A stretch of DNA of 44,789 bases, filler included, from Mobula birostris (taxonomy: Eukaryota), in NCBI RefSeq assembly GCF_030028105.1. It is 2 parts of 2 records of this genome, joined end to end, with 100 filler letters (N's around TTAATTAATTAA, not from the genome) between each part and the next. Parts side by side here need not be neighbours in the genome. Positions count along the whole stretch, not along the records: positions 1 to 30,318 come from NC_092402.1; 1 more part is not named here. The stretch is one strand, 5' to 3'. Positions 11,741 through 24,139 of the stretch are shown here, piece after piece. The stretch's first letter is position 1, and each line of letters begins with the position of its first letter. A program made the translations under genes and the position numbers. A model generated the notes under the pieces. It was given only the letters and a program-made list of their open reading frames with translations, did no database searches and was not told the origin of the DNA.

Positions 11741-12165
11741 AACACAAGAGAGTCTGCAGATGCTAGAAATCTTGAGCAACACACACAGAATACTGGAGGA
11801 TCTCAGCAGGTCAGATAACATCCATGGAAATGAATAAACAGTCAATCTCGACTGGAAGGGAAGAGGGCAGTAGCCAAAATAAGAAGGTGGGGGAAGGGGG
11901 AAGAGTACAAGCTGGCCAGTGAGAGGTGAGACCAGATGAGGGGGAAGGTGTGTGGTTGGGGGGGGGGGGGGTGGTTGAAGTGAGAACCTGGAGGGGATGA
12001 GTGAATGAGGTGAAGGGCTGAAGAAGAAGAAATCTAATAGGAGAGGACAGTGGGCCATGGAAGAAAGGGGAGGAGGAGGGGCATCAGAGGGAGGAGATGG
12101 GCAGGGGAGGAGTAAGAGGGTAAACAGAAGGGGGAATGGAAGAGAGAGAGGAGGAGGGAGGGAGA
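11741..12165 (-). mobile_element. PLE 3' fragment (terminal repeat plus purine-rich tract)
   Basis: Reverse complement of the 450-928 type sequence; explains the Pro-rich ORF 11723-12184. Confidence 0.7.
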
Positions 12166-12392
12166 GAGTTTGTATGTTCTCCAAATGACCACGTGGGTTT
12201 CCTCTAGGTGCTTTGGTTTCCTCCCATATGGGTTATGCTTAGGGTTAGTAAGGTGTGGGCATGCTAGGTTGACACTGGAAGTGTGGCGACACTTGCGGAC
12301 TGCCCCGAGGATGTGTTAGTCATTGAAGCAGACAACGTATTCCATTGTATGTTTCGAGGTTTCAATGTACACATGACAAATAAAGCTAATCA
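12166..12392 (+). mobile_element. Headless V-SINE (HE1-like) fragment
   Basis: Central GTGGGTTTCCTCTAGGTGCTTTGGTTTCCTCCCA domain. Confidence 0.7.
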
Positions 12393-12481
12393 TTAAAAAG
12401 AATTAAGCATAAATGTTTATGGAACTCTATTATATAATCAGACTCAATAGCAGATTGAAAACACATGATTAGACAGACAGA

Positions 12482-12640
12482 TACAAACAGAATACTGAAA
12501 GAGCTCAGCAGGTCAGGCAGCATCTATGGAGGGAAATGAATAGTTGATGTTTTGAGCCAAAACTCTTCATCCGCACTGGCCTGTCCAGCATGTTGTGTAT
12601 GTTGTTTAAGATTTCCAACATCTGCACAATCTCTTGTGTC
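12482..12640. mobile_element. Collapsed PLE terminal-repeat copy
   Basis: Left arm through ...ctcttcatccgcact is joined directly to the outer end of the right arm. Confidence 0.65.
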
Positions 12641-13121
12641 CTACATAGTTATCCATTGACACCTTGATTGTGAATTCCAAACCGAAGAATGTCTTAGCCA
12701 AGCCTTATCTCTGATAACCTCATTTCTTTTGCCTTTCCCTCCACGCACTTCTAACATACCAGTGCAATGTAAAGTAAGATAATAAACATATGATGCTCAT
12801 ACCTAATTAATATTTCTCAAGAAATGATAGATACAATTTGATCAGAGAAGTTTTAACCACAGGGGATTGGTTAGAACATACAACACAGAATAGTACAGCA
12901 CAGGAACAGACCCTTCAGCACAACATTGTGGTTACCAATGAAACTAATAATCAAATGTCTAGCTAAACTAATCCCTTTTGCCAACACAATATCCATATCC
13001 TTCCTTTTCCTGCACAATCATGAGCCTGCCTTAGAGCTTTCGAGCTCCCCTATCTTATTTACCTCCACCACCACTCCTGGCAGCATATTCCAGGGCACTC
13101 ACCACATCTGTCCTCTCACTG

Positions 13122-13258
13122 CTGCCTTCTTCTTCTTCTTAAGCCCATCACCCCTAATGAGGCCTATGCCACTGACAGCACCAGAGTCTTCTGACCTGCC
13201 TGGGCCATTCTTTCAGTCTTTCTTTTGCAACCAGGCTTGGGACCATCTATGGCAGAGT
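13122..13258 (-). mobile_element. 5'-truncated retroposon with (GAA)n tail, probably RTE-type
   Basis: (TTC)n at the left end and a perfect 13-bp TSD TGTCCTCTCACTG (13109-13121 / 13259-13271). The RTE assignment is inference. Confidence 0.7.
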
Positions 13259-13800
13259 TGTCCTCTCACTGTGCTTCAGTTTTAAAAACCATTTAGATTT
13301 GCCACAATCAGCTCCACAAAGTGTTTCTGTTAGTAGAGCATAAACATATGAATATTGTATTAAATGTGCTTACCATAACCTTTCTCTAACACCTAATGTA
13401 TTGAAACATACTGCAAGACACTGGTGTTCCATTATCCCAATTCAATGTTAAGCTTCTTTTAGCTCATTCGCAACCCTACCCGTAACTCTGGGCCTTGTGT
13501 CTGATCGATATAATTGTCCACTGACAAGCTCTCACATAAAGCACGTTTTGTTCCACCACATGCAAACACTAAATGCACTTCTCCCTATGTTGGCCAATCA
13601 CTGGGCTACGTTCTCCAAACTCCAAACTTAGACAAACAAATTCGACAAGCAAGACCATCAATTAATCTTTTCTTTTTTCTTCCCATTATTAAACTGCTGT
13701 AAGCATTGATTTTATGGAAACCTACAGTACAAAGGAGAATGGAATAAGTGACTGATTTTTAGAGCCTCCACTGATGAAGATTTTGCACTTGGTTCTGCAG

Positions 13801-14001
13801 GTGCAGCTGGAGCTTGGCCGGAAGTGGCGGAGATGGTGCACACAATGGTACCTCACAGCCAACTCAAGATACTGCTTCCCGTCCATGGAGAACCATGCCA
13901 CAAAGGAAGGCACCCAAATATCAATGGTGTCCTGTTACAGCTCCCAAATCCAAGCTGCTAACAATGATCACCCTGACCCAAACGTCACGACTGTGCAGTG
14001 A
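13801..14001 (+). CDS. Class B1 GPCR terminal coding exon: VQLELGRKWRRW...TQISM...TTVQ*
   Basis: Acceptor ggttctgcAG (13799-13800). Helix-8 motif VQ.E..RKWRRW and VIP-receptor-like TQISM; TGA stop at 13999-14001. Confidence 0.93.
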   Translation: MQLELGRKWRRWCTQWYLTANSRYCFPSMENHATKEGTQISMVSCYSSQIQAANNDHPDPNVTTVQ

Positions 14002-14219
14002 AGTGAAAGTTAGGTTGGGTTAGGGACGGAGGGTACCACACCTTCCAATTTAAGCGGAGATTTTCTGAGCATTCAATATCAGCCACGCACAACATGAAAT
14101 CTGACCATAGAGTCATAGGCATACTTGTTTGACACCACAAGCCATTAGAAAATCAGCCTTAGAAGGTGATGATTAAGGTAATTTAGCATTTTTATTCAAT
14201 GATACTCATTGCCATATGA

Positions 14220-14225
14220 AATAAA
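14220..14225 (+). terminator. Candidate polyadenylation signal of the GPCR
   Basis: First AATAAA seen after the stop codon; use is not demonstrated. Confidence 0.4.
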
Positions 14226-17200
14226 ATAATTGTTTCACTCTTGAGATAGCTGTCAGTGGCGCCAGTAAATGAAGACCTTGACGAATCATATGAGGTTTCT
14301 CTGAGCATTTCTGGACCTCCATTAAAATTTTAGACATAGGAATGCTGCACAGACAGAAATTCATATTGTGTGGTGTGATGCACTAACCTCTGATCATTCT
14401 AAGCCACTTCTAAAATTCCGCTCCTTGGATTTCACCAGATTTGAATTTCAGAAGTGAACTTTAACTGGAAATGTTACTTCATCATAGTGTGAGCAGCAGA
14501 GATCACATTTCTGCTTGTTATCTGCTTTGTAGGATGTAAAATAGACTCTTAGTTTTTAAAATGAATTTTAATGTGATTGCATTTCTCATCAATCCAGTGA
14601 GCTTCGTGCTGAGGATGGTTGTTTAGTTGCGTGCAGCCCTTTCATCTCTAACCAAGCAGACAGGATTCAAATATAAGCCATAACCTTGCCTCATTCACTG
14701 TGTGTGACACATCTGTGATGTTTCTGGGTGGTGACAAGATGCTATGTCAGTGAAAGATGCTCCTTCATTCCTGGCAAGTGTCTCATTACAGGGCTTCTAA
14801 TCCCATCTATCAGTCGTGATTCCTGGAGCTGCCAGTATAGTCTATTCATAGAATCACAGAACATGCTAACAGGCCCTTCAGCCCGTCAAGTCTTTCCTGT
14901 TCTTCAGATTCCTGTCCACACTAATCCTACACTATTCTCCCCACATTCCCATCAACTTCTAAACCCTCAGTTACGCATTAGGATCAATTTACAATGTCTA
15001 TCTATCTGAGCACTCTGTACGTCTTTGGGATGCAAGAGAAAACTGGAGCATCCAGAGGAGTCCATAGAGTCGCAGGGTGAGCGGGCAAACTTCCCACAGG
15101 CAGCACTGGAGGAGAGGACTGGATGCAGGTTGCTGGAGCTGTGAGATAGCGCCACTGTTCACCTTTGGTGATGCTGACCATATAATTCACAATAAGGAAG
15201 CTGGGTCAATTGGGAAAAAGGGGAGCAGTGGAGGGGCAGAGCAGTAGCCCAGGCAGCAGATCAGTAGAGCTAGGGGAGTTGGGGGGAGGGTGTAAGCAGA
15301 AAGTCTGGGAGTGGGAGTGAGCACTGAGGATAGAATTTTGGAGCTGGTGTGTGGAAGATATGTAAGTCAGGAGTGAAGCAGTAAGGCTGAGAGTGAGAAA
15401 GGTAGAAAGAAGTTGAGCATGTAGCCAAGAGCCATGAGGAACTGACCGATGCCACCCAGAATCCTTATCTGGATCCCCAATATTTTACTGTGCTTCACTG
15501 TAGCCATCATGGAGAGCAAATTAACCCCGTAGTATAAACTACCTTCCCCATCACACCTCTGCTCCATCAGCCACTTTCTTGGGAGGTCTTTCCCTGTCTG
15601 GTGATCCTTATCACATAGAGGAAAAAAAGATTACTCTGTACAGTTGCTGAGACAGTGAAGTTAAAGACCATCAACCAGTAATTTATACACTGTAGTTGTT
15701 TATTTTGGTGCAATACAACAACAAATGGCAAATAAAAGGCATAAAATGCAAACGTCCTCAGGTGTGTGTAAGCTGTGAAATGATGATAATGAATGCTACC
15801 AATTCTGGAAATTTCTATTAGTTTCAAGTTTAAGTTTAATTGTCATGCAACCATACATGAATACCCATGAGTACAGCCAAATGAAACAGCATTACTCTGG
15901 GGCCAAGGTGCAAAACACAGTACCATCAGTCACATATAACACATAATATATCAGTAGAATACAGACACACAAAAAAATACAGTCCAAGTCGCTGAGTCCT
16001 TGAATGTTGCAACAGTTTGCAGTCGAACACAATCCAACTTGTCTTCAGCCAAGCGAAAACTGATGGGGGGCAGCACCAACTCCCAAGAATGTGCTTTGAT
16101 CTGTCCATGCCCAGGGTCTTTTCTGCACAGCTACATTACCCGAGGGGAACTGTCCAGACTGCAGAGGAGCAGAAGGGGTGAGTTGTTACCAGAGCATCCT
16201 GACCTGAAGAGTGCAATGCACCAACAGCGGTGTCTTTACAACAGCCATGTATACGCAATCCTTTAACACTCTCTTACACATATACACAGTACTGCTTCCT
16301 CATCGAGCCCCCAACAGCACAGAAACAGCCATTTGGCTCATCATGTCCACATCGACACTTTTGCCTAGTTGCATTAATCTCACTTACCTGCATACCTTGC
16401 CTGTTTTAGGTGTCTGCCTAAATGTCACTTAAATGTAGTAAATGCATCTGATTACGCAGCTTCCTGTGACAGTGTGTTTCAGATGTCAACCTCTCTACTA
16501 AACTCATAGAAACCATCAACTACTTACATACAAAATAAAACAGCCAACAATAAATTCATTCCTTCTCTTGTCTCTTCATTTTCTGAGCTCTTAACAGCAA
16601 GCTGCGTTTAACATATTTGAAACATCCACTCCAGGACTTGGTAATTCTAGTGGATCAGTTTTCTCGAGAGGCTTCAAACACACCTTGTCTCAAGTCCTTC
16701 AATAAATGTTGTTCAACATGATTGTCCTCTTTACTGTGAGTAGAATGTACTACATATTCATAATCACATCTATTCGCATGAACTTAATCTGGAGATTGAT
16801 AACTCACAATACTGCACCTTGCCCATAATTCAGAGGCCCTTCCCATGTGCCCAATACTGATTTGCACTATCTGAATGGAGACTGTTTAAGGTACTTCAGA
16901 TACATGGCCTGGCTGATAACTAATTGACTTGCTTTGATGCCGAAGATTACTGTTGCTTCCTCAATGAAGTGTGCTGGTCTAGATACACTCCTCTCTTGCA
17001 GCATTCCCATTTCTACCTCCTCAGTTGATGCCACTGTGTATATGATACCCCAGTGGGACAGTTCCATGAACTTGCCACTTGCTATTCAGTCATTTGGAGA
17101 CCAGCATCTTCGCAGGTAGTTATCATCTTCAGAAAGATACAGCGCATCTACCCGCATATTGTGACAATTGTAGTATTTGACCAGTTTGAACTGAGGCTGA

Positions 17201-17547
17201 GTAATTCCCGTAACATCCAAGGCAAGACACAAGGCCTTTTGGTTTCCTGTTGGATTTGTATGTAGCACGTCATAAAGGGGAGGACCAGGCACCCAGACCA
17301 ATCCCATGAGCTGATTTCCAAAGCAATACAAGCTTATGATTTTTAGTGCTGTCTCTGCTCTGGCAGCTATTCAACATACTCCCTTGAACATCAGGTCTAC
17401 TAAATTAAATATTTCACCTGAATTCCCTTATCTATGAGTCAGCATGCCAAGTGCTCCACAATGCCCAATCTGAAAAAGTTTGGAAGCTCCATTTTTATCG
17501 ACCACCTGATCACGATTTCACTAGCCATTCCCTTGGGTGCATATATA

Positions 17548-17825
17548 ACCATATAACAAATACAGCACTGAAACCAGCTATCTCGGCCCTTCTAGTCCAT
17601 GCTGAACGCTTACTCTCACCTAGTCCCACCGACCTGCACTGAGCCCATAACCCTCCATTCCTTTCCTGTCCATATATCTATCCAATTTAACTTTAAACGA
17701 CAACATCGAACCTGCCTCAACCACTTCTGCTGGAAGCTCGTTCCACACAGCTACCACTCCCTGAGTAAAGAAGTCCCCCCTCATGTTACCCCTAAACTTT
17801 TGCCCTTTCACTCTCAACTCATGCA
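17548..17825 (-). mobile_element. CR1-type LINE 3' end
   Basis: RVKGQKFRGNMRGDFFTQGVVAVWNELP motif. Confidence 0.8.
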
Positions 17826-20800
17826 AACACATATCTCTTGAAAATCTCTGACATTACTAGATCGAAATATCCCATCAGAGCTTTTAACTATGCCCCCATA
17901 CAAGACCTAGTCTAGAGTTTCTGGAACAGGTAGACTCACCAACGTCTTGTCAGTCTCCAGCTCCACCACCAATAACAATAACTACTGTATATTCAATAAT
18001 AACTCAGTAACCAGACTATTGTCTTCTATTCCTATTCTCTGTCCTCAGCAGGGACCCAGACAAAACTGTCCGAGCTCAGGAATATTCTCACTACTTTACA
18101 TACATGACAAAAGCTTGGATCTGCTTTAATCCCTCAGAGCCTGCCACCATTCTGGGTCAGTGCCCTGCTGCTCCCTCGAGCAGCTATATTCCAAAAATGA
18201 ACCCTATTTTAGGCTCTTTTTATGTTTCTCCTTGCATCAGCGAACAAAGGAGTTCTATCAAAATCATATTCACATTGAAGGCAGTAACATTCAGCTAACA
18301 GCAGGGGCTGGTATAACAATGCTCAGTGAGGTTCCTTGAAGATTGAGGAAGCGCAGTTCAATGAGTTATACACCAGAAAACTTGACCTGCTAATACAAAG
18401 ACAATAAAAAGCATAGAACTACTGCTGATATAAACAGCCAGACAATAATTTGATTGAGGGTCCTTCTCTATTTGAATGGAGACTTCTCCGCCAGTAACAC
18501 ACCGAACAAAGGAATGGCATGCAAATTCATCAACCATTTATTCAGTGGACATTTATCGGGCCAAATATCAGATTATTATAAATATTAAAGGAAAATTCTG
18601 CACCCAGTTGTCAGGAAGCACATATATATGCAGCATTTCATTGACTGCATCCCAAATATTGCCAAAGTTAAATGCTATCTTTGCCACTGCCCACCCCTCC
18701 ATCACTCCTGCTAATATCCTCACCTACTACCTCACCTCATTGGTTGACTGCTACAATCTGCCCTCCCAGAATTCAACCATACCCAAATCTTCATCTCCTC
18801 ATCCTCACACATCACCCAGAACCCTGCTCTCCAACTCAGACCACAAATAAAATCTTTGGCCATATTTTTAAATCTCAAAATGGCTTTGTTCCAGGTGTTA
18901 TCTTTGCCATCCTTTCCAGCCACTTAACCAGCAAAGCTGTTCACTCCTTCTGCCCTGAGCATCTGTACATCCCCCCTTACTTCCACCTCCTCCATGATGA
19001 TACAGGCCTTGACCACACTGCCTGAAACTCCCATTTACCTCTCCCCTTTCCTAATGAGGTCTTGCCAGGCAAACTCTCTCTCCTTATCCATTGTCCAAGT
19101 GAGGTAAGTCCCAATATTTTTGGTGCTATGTTAATGCACAGATGTCAACTTGGGCTTTGCTCTTTATGGTTAGCTTTCTTTTAATGCATGTACAAGATGC
19201 AGTTGCTGCTGATAGGGTCAGAGTTCATTGTTTGCCCGTAACTGCCAATGAGCCATTTTCGTTCAGGAAGAGACAACTTCACTGTCGACCTTCTCGGGGT
19301 CACACATACATGGGCCAGACTAGGTAAGGAAGTATAAATTACCTTCCTGAAATGCATTTTTATGACACTCCGGTCAGTGTTACTGAAATTAGCTTTTGAT
19401 TCTCGTTTCATTCAGTCACTTAGATTTCTCAGTGCGATATGTAATCACATCTCCAGAACATTACTCCAAATTTGTGCACAACTGCTGCAGTATCACAGTC
19501 TCTATGCTGACACAGAGCCCTACTAACTGGAATTTGATGTGGCAAAAGCAGCAAAGTTCACACAATGAGTTACACTGTGATAGCAAAATCATAGGAATTG
19601 CCTATTCAAATTCAGTAGGCGTAACCTATATTGGACTATGACCTCTTAAATATTCAAAATAAACCAATAATTTGAACATAATATTGCAAAATAAAACCCG
19701 ACAGAGTTTGAACAACTTCATTGCCCACAAGTTCTTTGTAAGGGTGGCCTGTGTGCTAGATCTGGAATCACCTCCTCAGGTCACTAACTCACATGTAACT
19801 GGATAAAATAGATAATAATTGTGTAAAATGGCCATGCACTGACCTATGGCATCTGTGCACGGCCATTTTACAATGAGTTTGTACCAAGAGCCTATAAGTG
19901 CTACTCTCCACCACACAGCCGTTTCTCGCAGCAGAGCTTCACTGCAGTTCAGGTATAACTTCCAAAAAAGACGGAATAAAGGATCAAAAGCTCTGTCAAA
20001 AGATTGGTCCAGTGTGGTTATGATTCAGATACAGTAGTTAGAATCAGCGTCCAAACAAGTAGGCACAGGTGCAAGTGATTTTTTTTTACTTCTAATCAGT
20101 TTATATTATTCAGAATCTCACCTACACTCCAGACTATATTAAGTTATTGTTTCCTTCCACATTTATGTTCATATTTCCTGAAACTTCATGTTTGAAGAGC
20201 TCACAGTCTGTAACCGGAAAGTTAGAAACCTTGGAAGCTGGATATCTGATTTAAAATAGGGAGAACCGGAAATGCTCAGGTCAGGCAGCATCTACGGGTA
20301 AAGAGACAGAGTTAATATTTCAGTCAGGTAAAGCTAAAAATCAAGTATGCTTTAGGTTGCAGAGGAAGGGGAGAAGGGTTCCTGTTTGCATTTTTCCCTT
20401 TTTGTCTATTTACCCCTGTCTCACCTTCTCCTGCACTTCCAGCAGAATCGATGTCAGGGGTGAGGAGAGAATCAGGTCAGCAGCGGGCAAATCAGGGTCT
20501 CAGGTCAGAGTGTTGTGAGTGACCATCAGGTTTGCAGCACAGGATGGGGTGGGAAGTGGCAGGATCTTGTTGGCCCAGAACTACCCAATGATGGCTACTC
20601 CTGGGGCAACCGAATCCAAGTTCCCACAAAATGTTGCAAAGGGAGCATGGTGTAGGAAATGACATAATCTCATGGTATCATCCCAGCCATCATTTTAGGG
20701 CCAAGATTGGTAGAAATAGAAGTGCCCAGTCAGTTTCCAGGAGTGAGTTAAAATGACCCCAAAACAATCGCTCTTGTGTTTCACACTGGGAAAATCTACT

Positions 20801-21732
20801 GTATGTCTTTTAAAAAAAGGATGAATAGAAGAGGTTTATGGATTGAATTTTCAGGCAAATATCATGTAGTATAACAGGAAGCAAGACTTTGGTATCCATG
20901 TGGACATCAAGATTTAGTAAGGCCTACATGGACAGTTACCTGAGAGGGGCAGGTCTGGTCAGTGCAATCCAGCTCATTACTTCACATCACTGAGACGTCT
21001 GCCAGCTTTAGCCACTGACTAACCTGCAAGGATATCACTGTGATGATAGGGAAGCTGAAGCTGGTGCTGACAAATTGGTATATGTAAGATGGGCTGTGAA
21101 AAATAATTGTTCCATTAACCAATCTCTGGGATGTTGAGAGTTCAGAAGGCAGCCTGTGGAGAGCCTTTAACTACTGGAACTCTTGTACACATACTTTGAG
21201 CTCCTGAAGTTTCATGTGCATGAATATGCTCACTCTAAAATGCCCTTAGACAGAGGTTAAAAGCCCACTAAATGGTTAAAAACCCATTAGTGGTTTCCAA
21301 TAAAATAACCATGGGAGATAAGTAAAGAATGTAGTAACTTTTATCTCTGAAGTTTTCTGCTGGGTTATTTTCTGTGATTGGAGACAGCTGGAGCAATCCC
21401 ATACTAACTATGGGAAATGTAGCTCATTGGATTCCTCTTTGTATTTTAAGGATGATCTTAATTGATCACTTGACCGTGTGTTGTCTTTTTGAGGAATATG
21501 GAGATACTAAACTAAATAAATATTGTATATTAAACAGGAAAAAGACACTGTACAATTATTCCTGCGACATTAGAGCCCAGAGATTAATGAGCATCCTGAG
21601 TGTACATTAATAACTGTCTTGCTGAATGAAATATGGATCTTGCCTTTGATGTTGAAAAGCAACAATCAAAGAAAATTTCTCTCTTCTGTGGAAACACAGA
21701 TATTAACGGAATTGAAGATGTTCCAGTGAAGG

Positions 21733-22030
21733 CAGGGTAGCTTGGTAGCATAGTGGTTCAGTTTTCACTGCTGTCTGTAAGGAGTTTCTACGTTCTCCCC
21801 ATGAACACATGGGTTTCCTTCAGGTACTTCGTTTTCCTCCCACATTTCAAAGATGTACCGATTGGTAAGGGTTGGTAAATTGAGGGCAGGCTGTGATGAC
21901 ACTGGAAAGATGGGATAGTTGAGGGTAGTCCCCAGCTCATCCTCAGACAATGTTGTTCATTGAAGCAAACTTCACTTCACTGTATTTTTCGATGTTTTGA
22001 TGTACATGTGACGAATAACGTTGATTTTTT
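21733..22030 (+). mobile_element. V-SINE (HE1-like), degenerate
   Basis: tRNA-like head TGGTAGCATAGTGG plus V-domain TGGGTTTCCTTCAGGTACTTCGTTTTCCTCCCACA. Confidence 0.7.
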
Positions 22031-22559
22031 CTTTAATCTTTAATGTTAAACTTGTCCATGTTTTTTCAAAAAAAGGGAATATTTAAATCTGTGCTAGACA
22101 TCATTAAATATCTAAAACCAAAAGTTCAAGCTGTACTTGGCTAACATATTCTGAAAATACGTAAAAGAAAGCAAGAGTAGGTGTCAAACGTGTTTCTAAA
22201 TTAATAGTTCTGCAAATGTGAAAATTGAATCTATTTGAGAATTGGCACGTAAGAGCCAGTTTGTGCATGTTAGTTTGTGCTAGTGATCAACTCTGGGACA
22301 CCACAGGGTGCCTGACATGTGCCCACTATTAGATGGGTATCCAATCATGTCATCTGGTGAGCAACAGACATATCCACAATGAAAATGGAGGCTGGCTGGT
22401 TCAACCTAACCCCTTTTTTATCCCCTCACAATAAAATGAGGAGCAAATCATGCAACCATATTCAGATGGAAATGTTAAATCATTGATCCATCACAGCTCC
22501 CTCCAGAAATCCCCCAACATGGAAAACAGGCTCCACACAGTTTGATTTCCTTCATATCA

Positions 22560-23075
22560 AGAAACGGCTAACATCACTGGATCTCATAAAGGCTATGAGA
22601 CCAGGCAGCTTTCTGGCTGTGTACTAAAGCCCTTCCGTCAGAATGAGCTGTACCTTTGGTCAAGTTACTCCAGTATTTACCCAATGTGAAAAATTAGCCA
22701 GGTATATATTGTTCACAAAAACCAGAACAAATCCAATCCAGTTAATTACTGCACGATATTCAGCAAAGTGATGGGAAGCTGTCATCAACATTGCTCTCAA
22801 GTAGCACTTGTTCACCAGTAATCTGCTCACTGGTGGCCAGTTTGCATTTCATCAGAACCACTCAGCTCAGACCTCAACATAACCTTGGTCTATGAATAAA
22901 GGATCTGAATTCTAGAGGTGAGGTGAGTGATTGCCCTCACCAAAAGGTATTTGACAGACTGCAGCATCAAAGCACTTTGGAATATTAAAGTCAATGGGAA
23001 TCAAAAGGAAAATACGCCAGTATTGGAACCATACTTGAACAAAGGAAGATAGTTGCAGTCACCAGGGTTCAATTT
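22560..23075 (+). mobile_element. Degenerate LINE RT fragment (CR1/L2-group)
   Basis: Frameshifted remnants of WK.A.V.PVHKKQ.KSNP.NY, QF.F.Q.HSA.DL and ELNSRGEVRV.AL...AFD motifs. Confidence 0.6.
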
Positions 23076-23094
23076 GCTTTGAACTTTGTCCCAG

Positions 23095-23527
23095 TCTCAG
23101 ATCCAGTGGGGTGATGAAACGTCTTCCTCATGGCGGTCATGAATTCCTCCAAATCCGATCAGATTTCCGACTTGCATTTCCAATCTGCGGTGACCCAGGC
23201 CAGGATTCTTCCAGTCAGAAGAGAGATAATAAAAGCCACCTTTCTGCACTCCGAAGGGAACCGGGACGGCTGGAGTTCAAATACTAATGAACATTGGATG
23301 AGGAAAGCACAGCAAGAATCCGGGTCACCATCAAACCTCTTCAAAGTTGGAAGGTGGACTGGCTCTGCAGAGCGACCAACAGCCTCACCCGAGCGACTTT
23401 GACTTCCTCCCTGCAGAAGTTGGCACACAGCAAACTGGAGGTTGTGTATCTCCAGGGTCGGTCTGGAAATTTTCTCACTGAGGCTGGCCACAGCTGACGA
23501 AAGGCTCCGATATCCCGTTGCGTCCAT
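23095..23527 (-). mobile_element. Ty3/Gypsy Sushi-type gag fragment with one in-frame stop, 3'-truncated
   Basis: KRFDGDPDSCCAFLIQCSLVFELQPSRFPSECRKVAFIISLLTGRILAW is the Sushi/PEG10/RTL-family gag motif. The frame continues after TGA as SDLEEFMTAMRKTFHHP. Confidence 0.88.
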
Positions 23528-23545
23528 GTTGGCTCAATCATACAG

Positions 23546-23862
23546 TGATGAGAGTCCTTGATGAGGATAGTTTGAACCCAAATGATGGAGCATCCAAGGC
23601 AAGGACCGGGACCTGGTATCAAACTGGATCGAGAACTGAGGACAAAACAAACGCTAGACAAAATTATTACCAGGGCTTACGATTGAGCGCCAAACTTCAG
23701 TTCAGGTGATCTTTAAATACTCAATTCTTGGTGCCCCAAAACATGATTGCAATTAGTGGGACTGTCCTGAACCCTTAAAGGGGCCACACCAGCTACCCAT
23801 ACTCTGGAGGGTTCGAGTGTTGAAATCCCATAAGGTGGCACAGCTGAGAGCGTCTCGTAACA
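23546..23862 (-). mobile_element. 5' LTR of the Sushi-type element, 317 bp
   Basis: Minus strand TGTTACGAGA...CTCTCATCA, TATTTAAA at 23712-23719, 18 nt upstream of the gag ATG. Homologous to the solo LTR at 36176-36491. Confidence 0.85.
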
Positions 23863-24139
23863 ATTAAACCTTAAGATATGTTTTCTTGTGGGCATACTCA
23901 ATAAATCCATAGAATGATTTAGGCAGGACCGCGCAAGCGTGTGGGTGTCAGCGAGTTAGACTGGCGGGAAGAATTTAAAAGAAGACAGTATTTTCCTCAG
24001 CACTTTGATCGCGGCACGACTGTGCAAGCGTATGAATGTCCACGAGTTAGACCGACAGGAAATATTTAAAAAGAACACAGCTTTAGAAGCGGATGAACAT
24101 GAAGGGATACGGGGGAAAGGCAGGAGATTGGGACTGACA

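Noticed and set aside
14020-14040. Stowaway-like TIR motif (GGGACGGAGGGTA) in the GPCR 3' UTR
   Set aside because: No partner TIR or TA duplication found.
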